Assembly (NCBI RefSeq): GCF_009914755.1
Contig: NC_060927.1
Reading direction: 5' to 3' (one strand)
Length of the DNA stretch: 64,000 nucleotides
Origin: the human T2T-CHM13v2.0 reference genome, Homo sapiens
Positions 1 through 12,937 of the stretch are shown here, piece by piece. The position numbers and the translations under genes are program-made. Position 1 is the first letter of the stretch; each line of letters starts with the position of its first letter. Under the pieces are notes generated by a model. The model saw nothing but the letters and a program-made list of their open reading frames with translations, searched no databases and was not told the DNA's origin.

Positions 1-532
1 CTTCCTACCAACTAGGAGGCTTCTGGCAGTGTGAGAGCTGCACGCAAACTGCCAAGTGTGGCAGGGCAAGGATCATGGCAGCAGGCATGTAGGATGCACA
101 GAGGGAACAGCTAAGCTACTACATTGAGTGCCAACGTACTCCACTGGCATCCTGCAGCCCAATATCCAAGCACAGCCTGAAAAACTGGAAGAGCACTGAA
201 TGAGGAGGCAGAAGTTGAGGTTTAAACTCTAGTTCTGCACTAACTATACCACCTTATATTAAAACTCTGCCTTGCTGTTGATAGTTCGTTCTTTCTCATC
301 ACCCAGAAACTGCAAGTCTCCCTCTCCAAACCAAATTCCTGAGACTGGAGCCCTGACCTGAGACTGGAGGTGATCCAAATGCTGATAGTCATCCTTATTG
401 CCACTATCCCACTCTGCATTTCCTGGTTGGATAAACATCTAAGAAAATGCTGGTTTTGTCTTCATCCATGCATACTTCTCCATCTGCTTTCCAGTCTATG
501 CTCTCACATACTGTGTCTGAAAGCCTGAACTA

Positions 533-950
<418 letters not shown>

Positions 951-2237
951 TTATTGAATGAAAGCTATCTGTGCCATAGGCACAAGATACAGTTCCTTTC
1001 AAATTCTCCACTCAAACTTCTTTACCAGGAAACCTAAAACTAAAACTAAGCATAAGCAAAACAGTAGTTGCAAAAGTAAAATTGTTTCCCATTATCTGGG
1101 CATATTATAGTTTCAAATGTCCATTTGCCCTTTTGAGGCCAAATGCTATCAGGACAGAGGTCACCTTTTCCTTTAAATTCGTGATAATGTAAGAAATACT
1201 CATGATAAGATGATTATCCTTAGAATACTCACAGCAAAGCTGAAACTACTCTTGATGAATACAGTTATACGTGATAACCTAAGGAAGAACTCTCTAGAGT
1301 AACAACAATCTCACTCCTACAGCCACTAGAGGAAGTATCTCCTATAATTCTCCCAAGGCAACCTCTTCTCGTCTCCCCTCTGCCTTTCTTTCCTCTTTTC
1401 CTCTTTTTTTCTCATCCTCTTTTTCTCTCTCTTTCCTGTACAAAATACTCTGTTCATATGATGCATAAATTGTGTTTCATTCAAGATTGTAGCTGGAGAA
1501 GAAATTATTTTTGTATTCAGTGCCTGTCTATGTCCCCTCTGCTTCATCTGTCAATATTGCCAGAACATTAGAGCTAGAGGCTGTATAGGTCTTTGGCAGA
1601 GCAATTCTCTGAGGAACCTAGGGAAACTCTAGAATAAAAATGCAATACAATGTGGCCAAATTTACAAATGGATACCCATGTGGGAACATTGTTTATGAAA
1701 TCTTAACATTCAATTGATCCAAACCAGTGAAGGCTGTCCTAACGCCGTGCAAAATTAGTGGATCAGTGTATTATAATCTCGTTTATGTCCCTTGATTAGA
1801 TAGATAAGCTACCATGAATCAGACCAACCACTATTTAAACATTATCTGGTAGGGCAACAGTCATATGGACAAATTTCAGATATCAAGAACAGAAAGGGAA
1901 GTGCCACAGTGAAAACAGAAATGGACTGTGAGGAGTTGAGAAGCTTGCAATCTAGAACACCAAAGACATTTGATCACACTTTTCATCTTTTATCCTCCAC
2001 ACTACTTAGCTCTTATGAGCTATCAAAACCATTATTTAAGAGACAGAGCTTCAGGATAGCATTCTTAGCATTCTTAAGTTCTGTGCTGACATCTCTGAGG
2101 ACTTAGGTAACACGAATTACTGTTGGGTTTGCTTCATGATGGTACTAACAACAAACTACAAACCATGAGGCAGGATACTGAGTTTCTAAAAGATTTATTT
2201 AAAGATTCATTTGAATACTTTCCATTACTAATATTAT

Positions 2238-2593
2238 TGTATTAGTCTGTTCTCATGCTGCCAATAAAGACATACCTGAGACTGAGTAATTTATAAAGGA
2301 AAGATGTTTAATGGATTCACAGTTCCACATGGCTAGGGAAGCCTCACAATCATGGAAGAAAGCAAAGGAGAAGCAAAGGCAAGTTTTACATGGCAGCAGG
2401 TAAGAGAGCTTGTGAAGGGGGAACTCCCATTTATAAAACCATCAGATCTCATGAGACTTATTCACTACCACGAGAACAGTATGGGGGAACTTCCCCCATG
2501 ATTCAGTTATCTCCACCTGGCCCTGCCCTTGACATGTGGGGATTATTACAGTTCAAGGTGAGATTTGGGTGGGGACACAGCCAAATCATAGCA
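2238..2593 (-). mobile_element. THE1-type MaLR solo LTR
   Basis: Begins TGTATTAGTCTGTTCTC and ends GGGGACACAGCCAAATCATAGCA, the reverse complement of the THE1 LTR. 5-bp flanks ATTAT/ATCAT look like a decayed TSD. Confidence 0.9.
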
Positions 2594-4034
2594 ATCATGC
2601 ATACTAAAATACTATTATTCTCTATCCCATCCTTGTGATTTCCCAAAACTGTGTCACAACTAATCTCTTATTCTAGGACCAGGCAGGGCCCTGCTTTTGT
2701 TCCGACTTTATTTCTAATACCAACTCATCCCAGCTCTATCTTAGAAAGTGTCTGACTGTTTACCCAGCACCCGAGCAAATAATAATGACAATAATTGCTT
2801 GACTATTGGGCTGTCCAGCACAAAATTTGAGGTGACAGTATCAGGAAGCCCCAGGACTTGTCTTTTCTTTTGTACTGACTTGCAAGAGTCAAAATTGCAC
2901 AGTGTAGCTTTGGCTACTGAGAATATTGGGGAGTGGACGGATGTTGATGTGGTTGAATGAACATGAGTGAAGAAGTAAAAGGACTCTGAAAGTAATTAAT
3001 TGAAGGAAATAATATGGGCACCTGCTATGAAAAAGTGAAATATATATGATGTATTTACATACACGCATTTTATTTTAAGACAGTATCCTGCTTAAACTCT
3101 TTCATGACTTTCATCTCTAAAACATTAAGTCAATATTCTTTAAAAAATTTTTTTCTGATTAGGCTTTCCATGATCTGGATCCAGCTATCTACCCAGAGTT
3201 AAGAGTGTTCTCATACCTCCCTCATGCTTGAGCCCTACACATGTCTGCTCTGGCCATATTCATCTTCATATTGTTCCTCAAATATGCCATGATTTCTTCT
3301 CTCTGGGCATTTCTCTCTGGAATATCTGCCCAAAGCTTCTCCTTCTATTGACTACCTCCTGCTCATACTTTTAAGTTCTACTTAAAGGCCATTTCCCTGA
3401 TCTCCCTGTATACTGCAATATTTTCTATCTGCTCACTACCCCCTTAGTGCTTCTCCATCATAGCACTAATAGCAGTTGCCAGATCAATGCCTATCCCCTT
3501 CTGGGGAATAAAGGAAAGATGATGTCTGTTCTATCGACCTCTGTGCCAGCCTGCTATTTTGAAATATTCTTATTAGAGAATACAGGCAGTCCTCCCATCC
3601 ATGCTTTGAATGACTCAAAGAAAATTCCCATTGTCTGTGGTCAGTAAAAACAATCTAGTTTAGAAAAGTAGGATTTGGGCCACCATGACTGTTGGAGCAG
3701 CCAGCAAGTTTGTGTCTACAGAGCTTGATATAGACAGACCTGTTTCTGTCCATTCCTCTTGGGATTTGAGTAAAGGTTCTATATTGCTTGGACTTTTGAA
3801 ACTAAAGAAACTCTATAGTCAGAAAGTTGAGAAACCAGTGCAGAAATAATCAGATTATTATTTAATCTTATCTTGAATAGAGAATAAAGGGCACTTTGTT
3901 AAAAATACACTTGTGATTGAATTCTGCCTCTCATTTCTGAATGTTTGTTCACTGTGATTAAAAATAACTAATTAATGAATTAGAGTGAGGAAAGAGAAAA
4001 GGGTATTCCCCATTCTAACTAATTTCTTAAAACA

Positions 4035-4100
4035 GCCTAGTATCTAACATAGTGTTTGGCACATAACAGGCTCAGTAAATATTGATTGATTGAATGAATG
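4035..4100 (+). mobile_element. L2 LINE 3' end fragment
   Basis: AGTGTTTGGCACATAACAGGCTCAGTAAATATTGATTGATTGAATGAATG matches the L2 3' terminus with (TGAA)n tail. Confidence 0.7.
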
Positions 4101-7100
4101 TTGAAATGTCATTGGAGAGTATGTCATACAGAATCAAAATTATCAAAAAAGTTAATATACATTTTTTTCTTCTATTATCCTTTTTACCCAGTTGGTACTG
4201 TCACATTATCAGAAAGGATAGAGATTATTCTGGTAATGCTTTTCTTCTTTAAATTTTTTTTAAGGCTGTATTATTTTCCACCACAAAGTCAACTGTGGCC
4301 ATTCATGGTATACAAAACATATGTCTTTTGATTCATTTTTATTGCAAAATTCCAAAGATCATTTGATATAATAGGAGCTGATATGTGAGACTGATATGAT
4401 TCCAAATGCTCTTATTGGCTCTGGAAAGTAGAAAAGAGAAACTAAAACGGAAGTGGCAATCATAGAATAGGCCTTAGCCCTAAAATATCTGAAAGTCCCT
4501 GCAGCAAAGGACATCTAAACAATACAGCATAATATAATGGAACACACACACACAGGATTAGGAAGGATTAGGGGAGACTCTGACACTGATTCTCAGAGTG
4601 CTTCTTTGGCTTAACTTAATCACCTGCAGAATTAAATCTATACAAATGCAGGTTGGTCTATTTGCAGGGAATGTTTCTTGTCTGTGGAACCTATTGCTAT
4701 GGGGTCATAACCCTACTCAGAAACGCTTCTGAAACATTTCACCTCAGGACACACTAATCCCTGACATGTCCCACCCTCAGGGATATAGCAATCCTCACCC
4801 TGACACTATCCACAAAGAATCACTTTGCATTCTAATATCTATCTCATAACTCATTTGAAGACACCAAAGAGCTACAGGCCCTAAGTCTTCAGTTTGAGAG
4901 TGGAATACATTAGAGTGAAGTCTCTCTCCCACCGCCATAACCAGTCTCTTTGTTTTACATTCAGTCCATACAACGTTACCTTCAGTACAGCAGATTTACA
5001 GACATAGAAACCTAGGTTTAGCATATCACCATGCTTGGGATCCTTTCTTGTGAGTGTTGCTGCTCTGTGACATGGGATGTTCCACTCTTCAAGATCCTCT
5101 TCTTACCTGTGACAACTAGCATTATTTATAAAAGACCATTATGGTATGAAAGAATGAGCATATATTCAATAAGTTGATAGGCATTGCCACCTTCTGCTTC
5201 TAGGATCCAGAGAAGATTGCAAACAAATCAGTATCTTTGCCCCCACAACCCAAAACAGATTTCCTACAGCTTCTTGAGGGAGTGAAAGCTGCTTAGAGCA
5301 GCGTGTAAATTCATGGCAAGAAGCAATAAAGGTGAGTTTTATACATTCCCATTATTGCTTCTACGTCTTTGCAATAATGTTTATTGACATGTTTGAACGG
5401 AGCACAAGCTGCAGTTCGGTTCAACTGCCTGTGAAAATGGGACATTTGTCAAGAAACAAACCTCGCAGTTTTTAGTGGCTCTGACAGTGGGTATTAGAAA
5501 GGATATTGATGGGGAAAAAAGAGAGAATAGGCAGGCCTATGGGGAGAGTGTTAAGGAATATACTCAGCACAGATGCCTGCAGTGGAGGAAAAGGGGATAG
5601 CTGAGGACGTAAAATTGAACACTGACCACATTGAGTGACTGCCAGTTGCCTTGAAGCATGTGTGTTTCTGTGGGAAACATCAACAAAAGCTCCATTTGTC
5701 TCATGAGGAAGGCCTCTACAGTGATGCTTTCATGTGGGATTTGATTCCCACTTTGCTTCTTTCCCCCGCAACAGTCTATCTCCAATGATAACCCAGTTCT
5801 TAGAGTGTGTGTATCACTCTGTTCTTTAGGGTTCTCACAAACTAAAAACTGAGCACAACACCTACTTAGCATATAACCTGCTTTTAGTTATTAAATAAGT
5901 CACGCAGTCTTTCCTTGGGAACATACTTATTGGGAGTGTGAGGTATTGTGTTAGATGCTAGGGTTGTGCATAGACCTTTCCCATAAGGAATCTGCACTTT
6001 AGTACCAGCATATGCTGCATTCATTAATAAAACAGAGTAGCACACATGTACTGAGGAACAAGAATTTCTACAGTGCTGGAGTTATTTTTTTTCCCCTCAC
6101 TGGTAACCTAAATGACCAGTAAAATGTTGGGGCCTAAGTAGGCCTTTAATAGGTACACACTGATAGCCCAAATGCAAATGTATTTCAAGTGCTCAAGGAG
6201 ATAAAACGAAAGTTACTAACAGCCCTTTTCTTCTCCTTGTTCAGATCAGCACTTCCAAATCTCAGCCATTCGAGGAATAGCATCAGGGCCCTCTCTGCAG
6301 CCAAACTGCCAAAATTCTAAGACAGCTCTCTAAGCACATTGAGCCTGACCCTGGTGAATCAAATCAGCACCCTCTTTCTCCCAAAGCTCAGCAACACGTA
6401 AGACTGTTTTAACCAACAAGTTTAATTCAGGGGAGAGTTTTACTTTCTTAATATACAATATAAAAAAGAAAGGAGATAACAAGACGAATGGTAATTAGTT
6501 ATCGACAATGGAAGACATTATGCCTATGATGGCATACTACAGGGACAAGATTGTTTTGTCCTAGAAATGTCATTCCTATCTATCAAAAAAGTCCAAGAGA
6601 CGAGTTGTATCACAACAAATTGAAGCTGAGAGGAAACTCAACTCCAAGTTGGCATTAGTTTCTGCCATCCATGAGTTAACAAAATTCCAAAGTTATAATT
6701 TCACTTAAATTCTATAACATACTATTCCAGCTAAATTTTTATCTCTTCTCTTTCTCCAGCCTTTCTAAATGTGTAGCTTAGCATTTCATTTCAGACTTGC
6801 AAAAGCCTTGAGATTCTTTCCTATCTTTTCCTTCCCAGAGCAGACAAACTCTCAGTGTACAAGGGGGTGTAGGCTTAACAGAGTTGTTCATCATTATGTG
6901 GGCAGAAAGGCACTTATAAAGCATACTGTTTGATGATGACATCCAAGATCAAGTTTCACCAGTTTGTCATGGTCTGCAAAATGCTGCAGTGCTAATGAAA
7001 TTCTAACCTGGTTTAGATTACTGCAACAGCACTACCTCTTGTTTCTCTTTACTTAGTACCCATCCCCTCCTTATAATGTACATTATAACTTCTATCTTGA

Positions 7101-7779
7101 GGCCATTTACATTTTGACTGTGGCTCAGAAAATAGAAATGAAATTTTTATTAATATATAGATGTCTCAACTAATGCTTACTTTGGAAGGCAGGTATATTG
7201 AGGTGTTGTGCATGTGTGTACGTATATGTGTGTCGGTGAGAATGAGAGAGTGAAAGCAAAAGGCAGCAAGTGAGTATGCATGTGTGTGAGTCTGTGAGGA
7301 AGAGAAAGAGAAAAACGAAAGAAAAAACAAAAGAGGAGTGGGTGGGGGAAAGAGGAATGGAGGGAATGGAGAGAGAGAAGGAGAATGAACATGTTGATCA
7401 GAAATTACCTGGCTCAGAAAAAGTAATTTACTGATAAATGATTATCCATTTAGAGGTAACCAGTGTCAGCAAAAGCGGCCTTAAATTAATCTATTTGCCA
7501 ATCCTTTCAGATCTCTTCCACAGGATAGTAGAAGGCAAGTCGGCTCAGCCATGTCACAGAGTCTCTCATAAACGGTAATAAATTGCCGTAGATTTCATTT
7601 CACATTTCAGCAATTCTGGCCCTAATGTGATGAGCAGAAAAGGGTGGGGGTTGAGTGCCAACGTTGAAAAGGAACATTGAGATAGAAAACTACCTGTCCT
7701 CACCCTGCAGGGATGCCTTTCAGTCAGAACTCAAAAATTCAGGCAGCAAAGATTCATACAGGCAAAATTCATCAGTGAT

Positions 7780-7950
7780 GACTACACTAGACTAGGAATC
7801 AGAAGTTATGGTTTTACCAGTTACTGGAAGAGATCCCTTGGGCAAGTCACCTAACTGAGGAAATAGTTACCTAGAAAGTTGTTGAAAACAATGGAATGAG
7901 ATTTTATGTACGAATGCACACTGCAAAAAGTAAAGAATGTTATATAAATA
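7780..7950 (+). mobile_element. MIR SINE fragment
   Basis: CTAGACTAGGAATCAGAAG...CCTTGGGCAAGTCACCTAAC...GTTGTTGAAAAC...AATGAGA resembles the MIR consensus, degraded. Confidence 0.6.
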
Positions 7951-8503
7951 CAGATCTGTAAGTCAATAACTTGCCCATCATGTGCCAGTGGCTAAACAAA
8001 TGCAACCGCTCTCAAAGTCCTTATGATGTAATGGGCATGTGAGAGAACTATAAACATTCTTTTAGGAAACATTTTGGTCACAGCTAGACTTGAAGCAAGT
8101 GTAAAGTGCTTCAGAAATGCAGAGAATATAGTTTTTGAGGCAAGGCAACATTATTATTGTGGCTCACTGACACATCATTAACATGTCAATCTCCTTCAGG
8201 AATTTGTTAAATCATTTGCACCTCAACATTGAAAACTTGTTTGCCTCTTGGCTTCCTTAATGAAAATAATGCAGTACCTGCAATTAATAATAAAAATAAA
8301 TACTATAGTAAATTTAATGTCTGAGGCTATATATATTTCAAAATGTTATTACTCTAATAACTTGGTGTATGCATGTAATTGTAATTATTCTTTGGCACTT
8401 CCATGAACTCTCCTTTAGGGAACTGCTTTTAAAATATAGACTAATATTGCTCATTGGTTAAGTAGATCAAAGAGAGATGAAAAAGCATTAACTAACTCCC
8501 TTG

Positions 8504-8506
<3 letters not shown>

Positions 8507-8550
<44 letters not shown>
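8507..8550. repeat. (TA)22 microsatellite
   Basis: Perfect TA run read directly. Confidence 0.97.
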
Positions 8551-8554
<4 letters not shown>

Positions 8555-9314
8555 AAATATCCACATTATAATATTGCATATATTTATATTACTATTCTTT
8601 ATTAGTAAATTTGCTTAAGCTTGAAAATACCTTAATATTTTTCATTCTTCTTGTATTGCATGATCTTACTGATTTGATTCCTCAAGAAGCAACACATGTT
8701 ATTATTTCCATTTTATAAGATCAGGAAACCAAAGTTTGGGAGTACTCAACCTGGACACAGTTCCAAAGTCCAAGCCCTAGGACTCACGTTGCTTAATCCA
8801 TTGATATCAATGTCTGTGGCTGGTATTTGCCCTTAGTATCATGGCTGAAGTAAAGCTATAATTTTAAAGCTCCTAGAACGGTATCTAAAATGCCTTTGAT
8901 AGTTACTATGAGTGACTGAAGTTAAAAGATTTGGGTCTTGCAATAACTTTATTTAATGAAGGAATTACTGCTTTATACAATTATTATCACTAGAAAAGTC
9001 TGAAAAATTTTCAATAGACTGGAAAAAATATCTAAAGAATACCAAATTAATATATAATTAAAATTTAATTGTATATAAATTGATAAAATTAATTATATCT
9101 AAAATATAATTAAACTTTAAACACAACTATAAAATAATCTGGATTTAGGATATATATGTATTGTTTTGCTGGGGGTGGTACAAAATATAAAATAAAAATA
9201 AAATATTATAAAGAGGTTACTTATGAAGTGCCAAAATACAATGATATTTTCAATCATTCACCTGGTTTAAAATACATTTGAAATTTCATCTGGATATTTT
9301 GAATTTTGTATACA

Positions 9315-9347
9315 TAGATAGAAAGATAGATAGACAGATAGATAGAT
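9315..9347. repeat. imperfect (GATA)n tetranucleotide repeat
   Basis: TAGATAGAAAGATAGATAGACAGATAGATAGAT. Confidence 0.85.
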
Positions 9348-11781
9348 ATCCAATGTCTAGCACATACAGCCTTTAGCACCTACATACACAGAAAACACAG
9401 GAAACAACTCTCATCCATATGCTTTACTATTTAACATATAATCAGACAAAAACTACACTTATATTGGGGCAAGCTGAGCAAAAAGACCACCTGGTGAAAA
9501 GTTAAGAGGGGGAATGTCCTCTGGGAGTCTAAAGAGCACAATACATTCTGCGCATCCACAGCCCTTTGTCATCTGCCTATTCTACATCTTAAGCAGTCTG
9601 GAGGCTTGACTGTAAGTATCTAATTTTGGTTATCATTCGCCACTTACATGGGATCTTCCATTACAGAACAACAAAGGACTTTTGACGTATTGACTGAAAC
9701 TTAAACTTCTTATATGGTATATATCGTACTAAGAACAAATGTGACTTTGCTATACCATGGTTGACTCTTGGTAGTCTTCAAAATACATTTTAAATATATA
9801 GCATTTACATCACTTAAGGTCTGGTCCCATCCTTCCTCTTCAGCTCAAATTCTGCCACTCACCAATAAACTTGATGATTCCTGGAGCATGTACTCATACC
9901 TGCAATGCCTGACCACTCATGGCACTAGATAAAGCCTTAAATTGTAGAAAAAGCCTAAACAGAAAAAGCTTGGTACATTTTCAGACTGTTCACTTTTATC
10001 TAGTTACTAAGTTGACCAAAAAAAAAGTGATCTAAAAGTAATTGTCTTTTTCTTCTGTCTTTGCATACATATAGTTGGGACTCAAAAAAATGGAACTGAA
10101 TGTGTTGCTTAAAATGATTTTGGGGATGATCAATTATACGCCCCCCACAACACACACACACCAAAAGAACCCAGATATTTTTGCAAGGCTGTATAAATGT
10201 ATCTTTAAGTTAAGCCTCAAGCTATCCTGGAGGAAGTATGAGAAATGCTGGAAAGGGCTGAAAGAAGTGAGATCTCCTACACTTACTTTTCTAAGATAAC
10301 CACGACACATCAGTATCTAACAGTCACTGACAAAGATGCATTGCTCCTTCTGGAAATATCACCTGGCGGTTAAAGAAAAAGCCAGGCACTTCATTCTACT
10401 CCATCATTTGGTTTACAGTATTTGGATTTGTAGCCACAGCTTTATCCTTTGCCAAAGATTCCATACTGCATGCTGTCATTCACACTGCCAGACTGCAACG
10501 TCTGCCAGGATTTATGGCTACCACGCTGCTCCCTCACTGCTAAGAGCAGATGGCTAGGCTGAGGGACAGCAGACTGCCTAAGGGCAGAGACAAGGGTGTG
10601 GGGAAGAAAGAATGTGGTAGCCACAGGGACACTCTTCATTCTCTAATAAGCCTGGGAAAGTTGACTTCCATGAGTGTCTCTCTTTTCCTTAAAGGATTGT
10701 ATCTGGTAAACTAAGATCAATAGTAAGCATCAGGAAGTTTGGGAAACTCTTAACATCGACTGCAAAATGTTTGGTAGTATTTATAGATTTGTCTTCTCTG
10801 AGGAGAGCCAGCTTCATAGATATTATAAGTTAGTCTTGACCTTCTTCCCCCTACCTTAAAGTATGGCATGCCTCCCTATATTGCTATACGATATGGACAA
10901 GTCTGTTGAAACATTCTAAATTGTTAGGATAGATTCTGCTTAGGATAGACTTAAAAAAAAAACAACGGTTTTTGATTCATGAACAAGTGACAGTAAAATA
11001 TGAATCAAAGACCTCATAACAAGACATTCTAAAACAGATTTAATATAAATTGTATTAATAAAACTTATTGGCGATATCCGGAGACTGGATGCTTCAGGTG
11101 GTGTCATCTTTGTACAACAAAAGGTGGTGAGGGATCTTCATAGCAGTGGGGAAAAAAAGAAGAAAAGCAACTAACATCTATTCCACCACTTCATCATCCA
11201 TCACTGAGTGGAAAGCATACTGAGGGAAGAGGGACGAAATAAATAGGAGATTTCAAAGAGAAGGTGTGAGTCAGGTTCAACCAAATTAAAGGCCTAGTGT
11301 ATTCTTACTCACATGCTACCTCTTCTGGCTAGCTTTTCCTGACTTCAACATCCATAGATAAGTGGCACATCTCACTTGCTACTGCCATGACACTCAAATC
11401 CCACTCTAGCACTGCACTTATCAGGCACTGTGTGTCTCTTTACATGCCTATCCCTCTCTCTAGATTGTGTGCTCCCCAAAGATATGTATTTTGTCTTAAT
11501 CATTTTTTAGTCCATGGTGCTTAATGTATAACGGATTTAATATATGCCATTAAACTAATGTGCAAAATAGGACATTTCTGACAGTTTCACTGATATTTAA
11601 TGATGGGGCAGAACTAGCAGTATGACCTTGAATGGTATACAATACACAACCACAATTGTATACACATCCACATAAAACTTACTTTTAGATTCAGTCCACA
11701 CAGTCTATTATAACTATACTGCCATTTTGGTTAAGTAAGGAAAAAGTAAAAAGATGGTCAATTTATGTTAGTGGCTTAGAG

Positions 11782-11972
11782 TTCCCTCCCCCCCTCCCTC
11801 CCTCCCTCTCTTCCTTCCTTCCTTCCTTCCTTGCCTTCCTTCCTTCTTTCCTTCCTTCCTTCTTTCCTTCCTTCCTTTTCCTTCCTTCCTTCCTTTCCTT
11901 CCTTCCTTCTTTCCTTCCTTCCTTCTTTCCTTCCTTCCTTTTCCTTCCTTCCTCTTTCTCTCTTTCTCTTTT
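11782..11972. repeat. (CCTT)n / polypyrimidine microsatellite, about 190 bp
   Basis: Near-pure C/T tract of CCCT, CCTT and CTTT units. Confidence 0.95.
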
Positions 11973-12039
11973 ATTTTCTCTAATCCATCAAAATTCTATA
12001 TATTTTAAACTTCAAAATTCAAAGAATGACTTGAATTCC

Positions 12040-12190
12040 TAAAAGTCCAGCCCCATAGTTTTTTCATATGAGGAAATTAAAGTTCAGAGAAAGGAAGTGA
12101 GTTGGCCAATGAATGTCACCCAACCAATTTGTAGCAGGACCCGAAGGCAGAGACTCAGGTCTTCTGATCTTAATCTTTCCACAGTATTAA
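12040..12190 (-). mobile_element. MIR SINE fragment
   Basis: TTTCATATGAGGAAATTAAAGTTCAGAGAAAGGAAGTGAGTTGGCCAA matches the antisense MIR core. Confidence 0.7.
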
Positions 12191-12731
12191 GCTGCTACAA
12201 TGTTTAATGTACATCCCAACATGCAATAAAGTAAACATCAATGGCATGATGACACGAATATTGTCAAGCCTTTTAAAATATTCTAAACTGTGTCAGTTAA
12301 TTGTACAAATCTCTCTGGTTCTGCATCTTCCCATAGGAGTTTAGAGGTTTTAACATTTCCAGGAATAGAATAAATCCAGGATAATAAAGACGTGGCAGAA
12401 AAACAAACTCTGTACATAGGAGGTTAGGAAATCAGATTGAACACAGTAAAGAGTAAGCTGAAGACAATGTATAATTGATAAATCAGTATGACAAGGCTGG
12501 CGTTCCTCCCCATCTGTGTCCGTTGGCGGGGCTCCCCACACTTGCCTCTCTGAATTGTCTGAGAAGGTTTACAGTGTGCTTGAAATGCCCCATTACTCTT
12601 TGTACCTGTAAATGCAAAGCTACTATATGGTGCATCCTATGGGTGGGAATTCTACCACCCATATTAGCAACTGGAAAGAATAGAGGCATTGTTCAGTCAT
12701 TTCAGTCTCAGTCACTCCAACAATTCTATAC

Positions 12732-12937
12732 TAGTGTTTTAAACAAGGGGTGGTACCACTTGCTGGGAGTGTTTGGAAATGTGTGGGGACTTTTTAATTA
12801 TCACAGTAACTGAGGGCTTCTACTGGCACTTAATGACTAGAAATGCCAGATGCCCTGCAATGCAGGGGGCTGTCCTGAAAAACAAAGAATTGGCCTACCA
12901 TAAATGCCACAAGCAGCCCCCACCTTGAGAATCACTG
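12732..12937 (+). mobile_element. MER20-like hAT-Charlie DNA transposon (MITE)
   Basis: Termini TAGTGTTTTAAAC...TTGAGAATCACTG. Internal GTTTGGAAATGTGTGGGGAC, TACTGGCAC, CCTGCAATGCA and AACAAAGAATTGGCC match the MER20 family. Confidence 0.75.

Noticed and set aside
338-369. CCTGAGACTGGAG repeated twice
   Set aside because: Short local duplication with no further structure.
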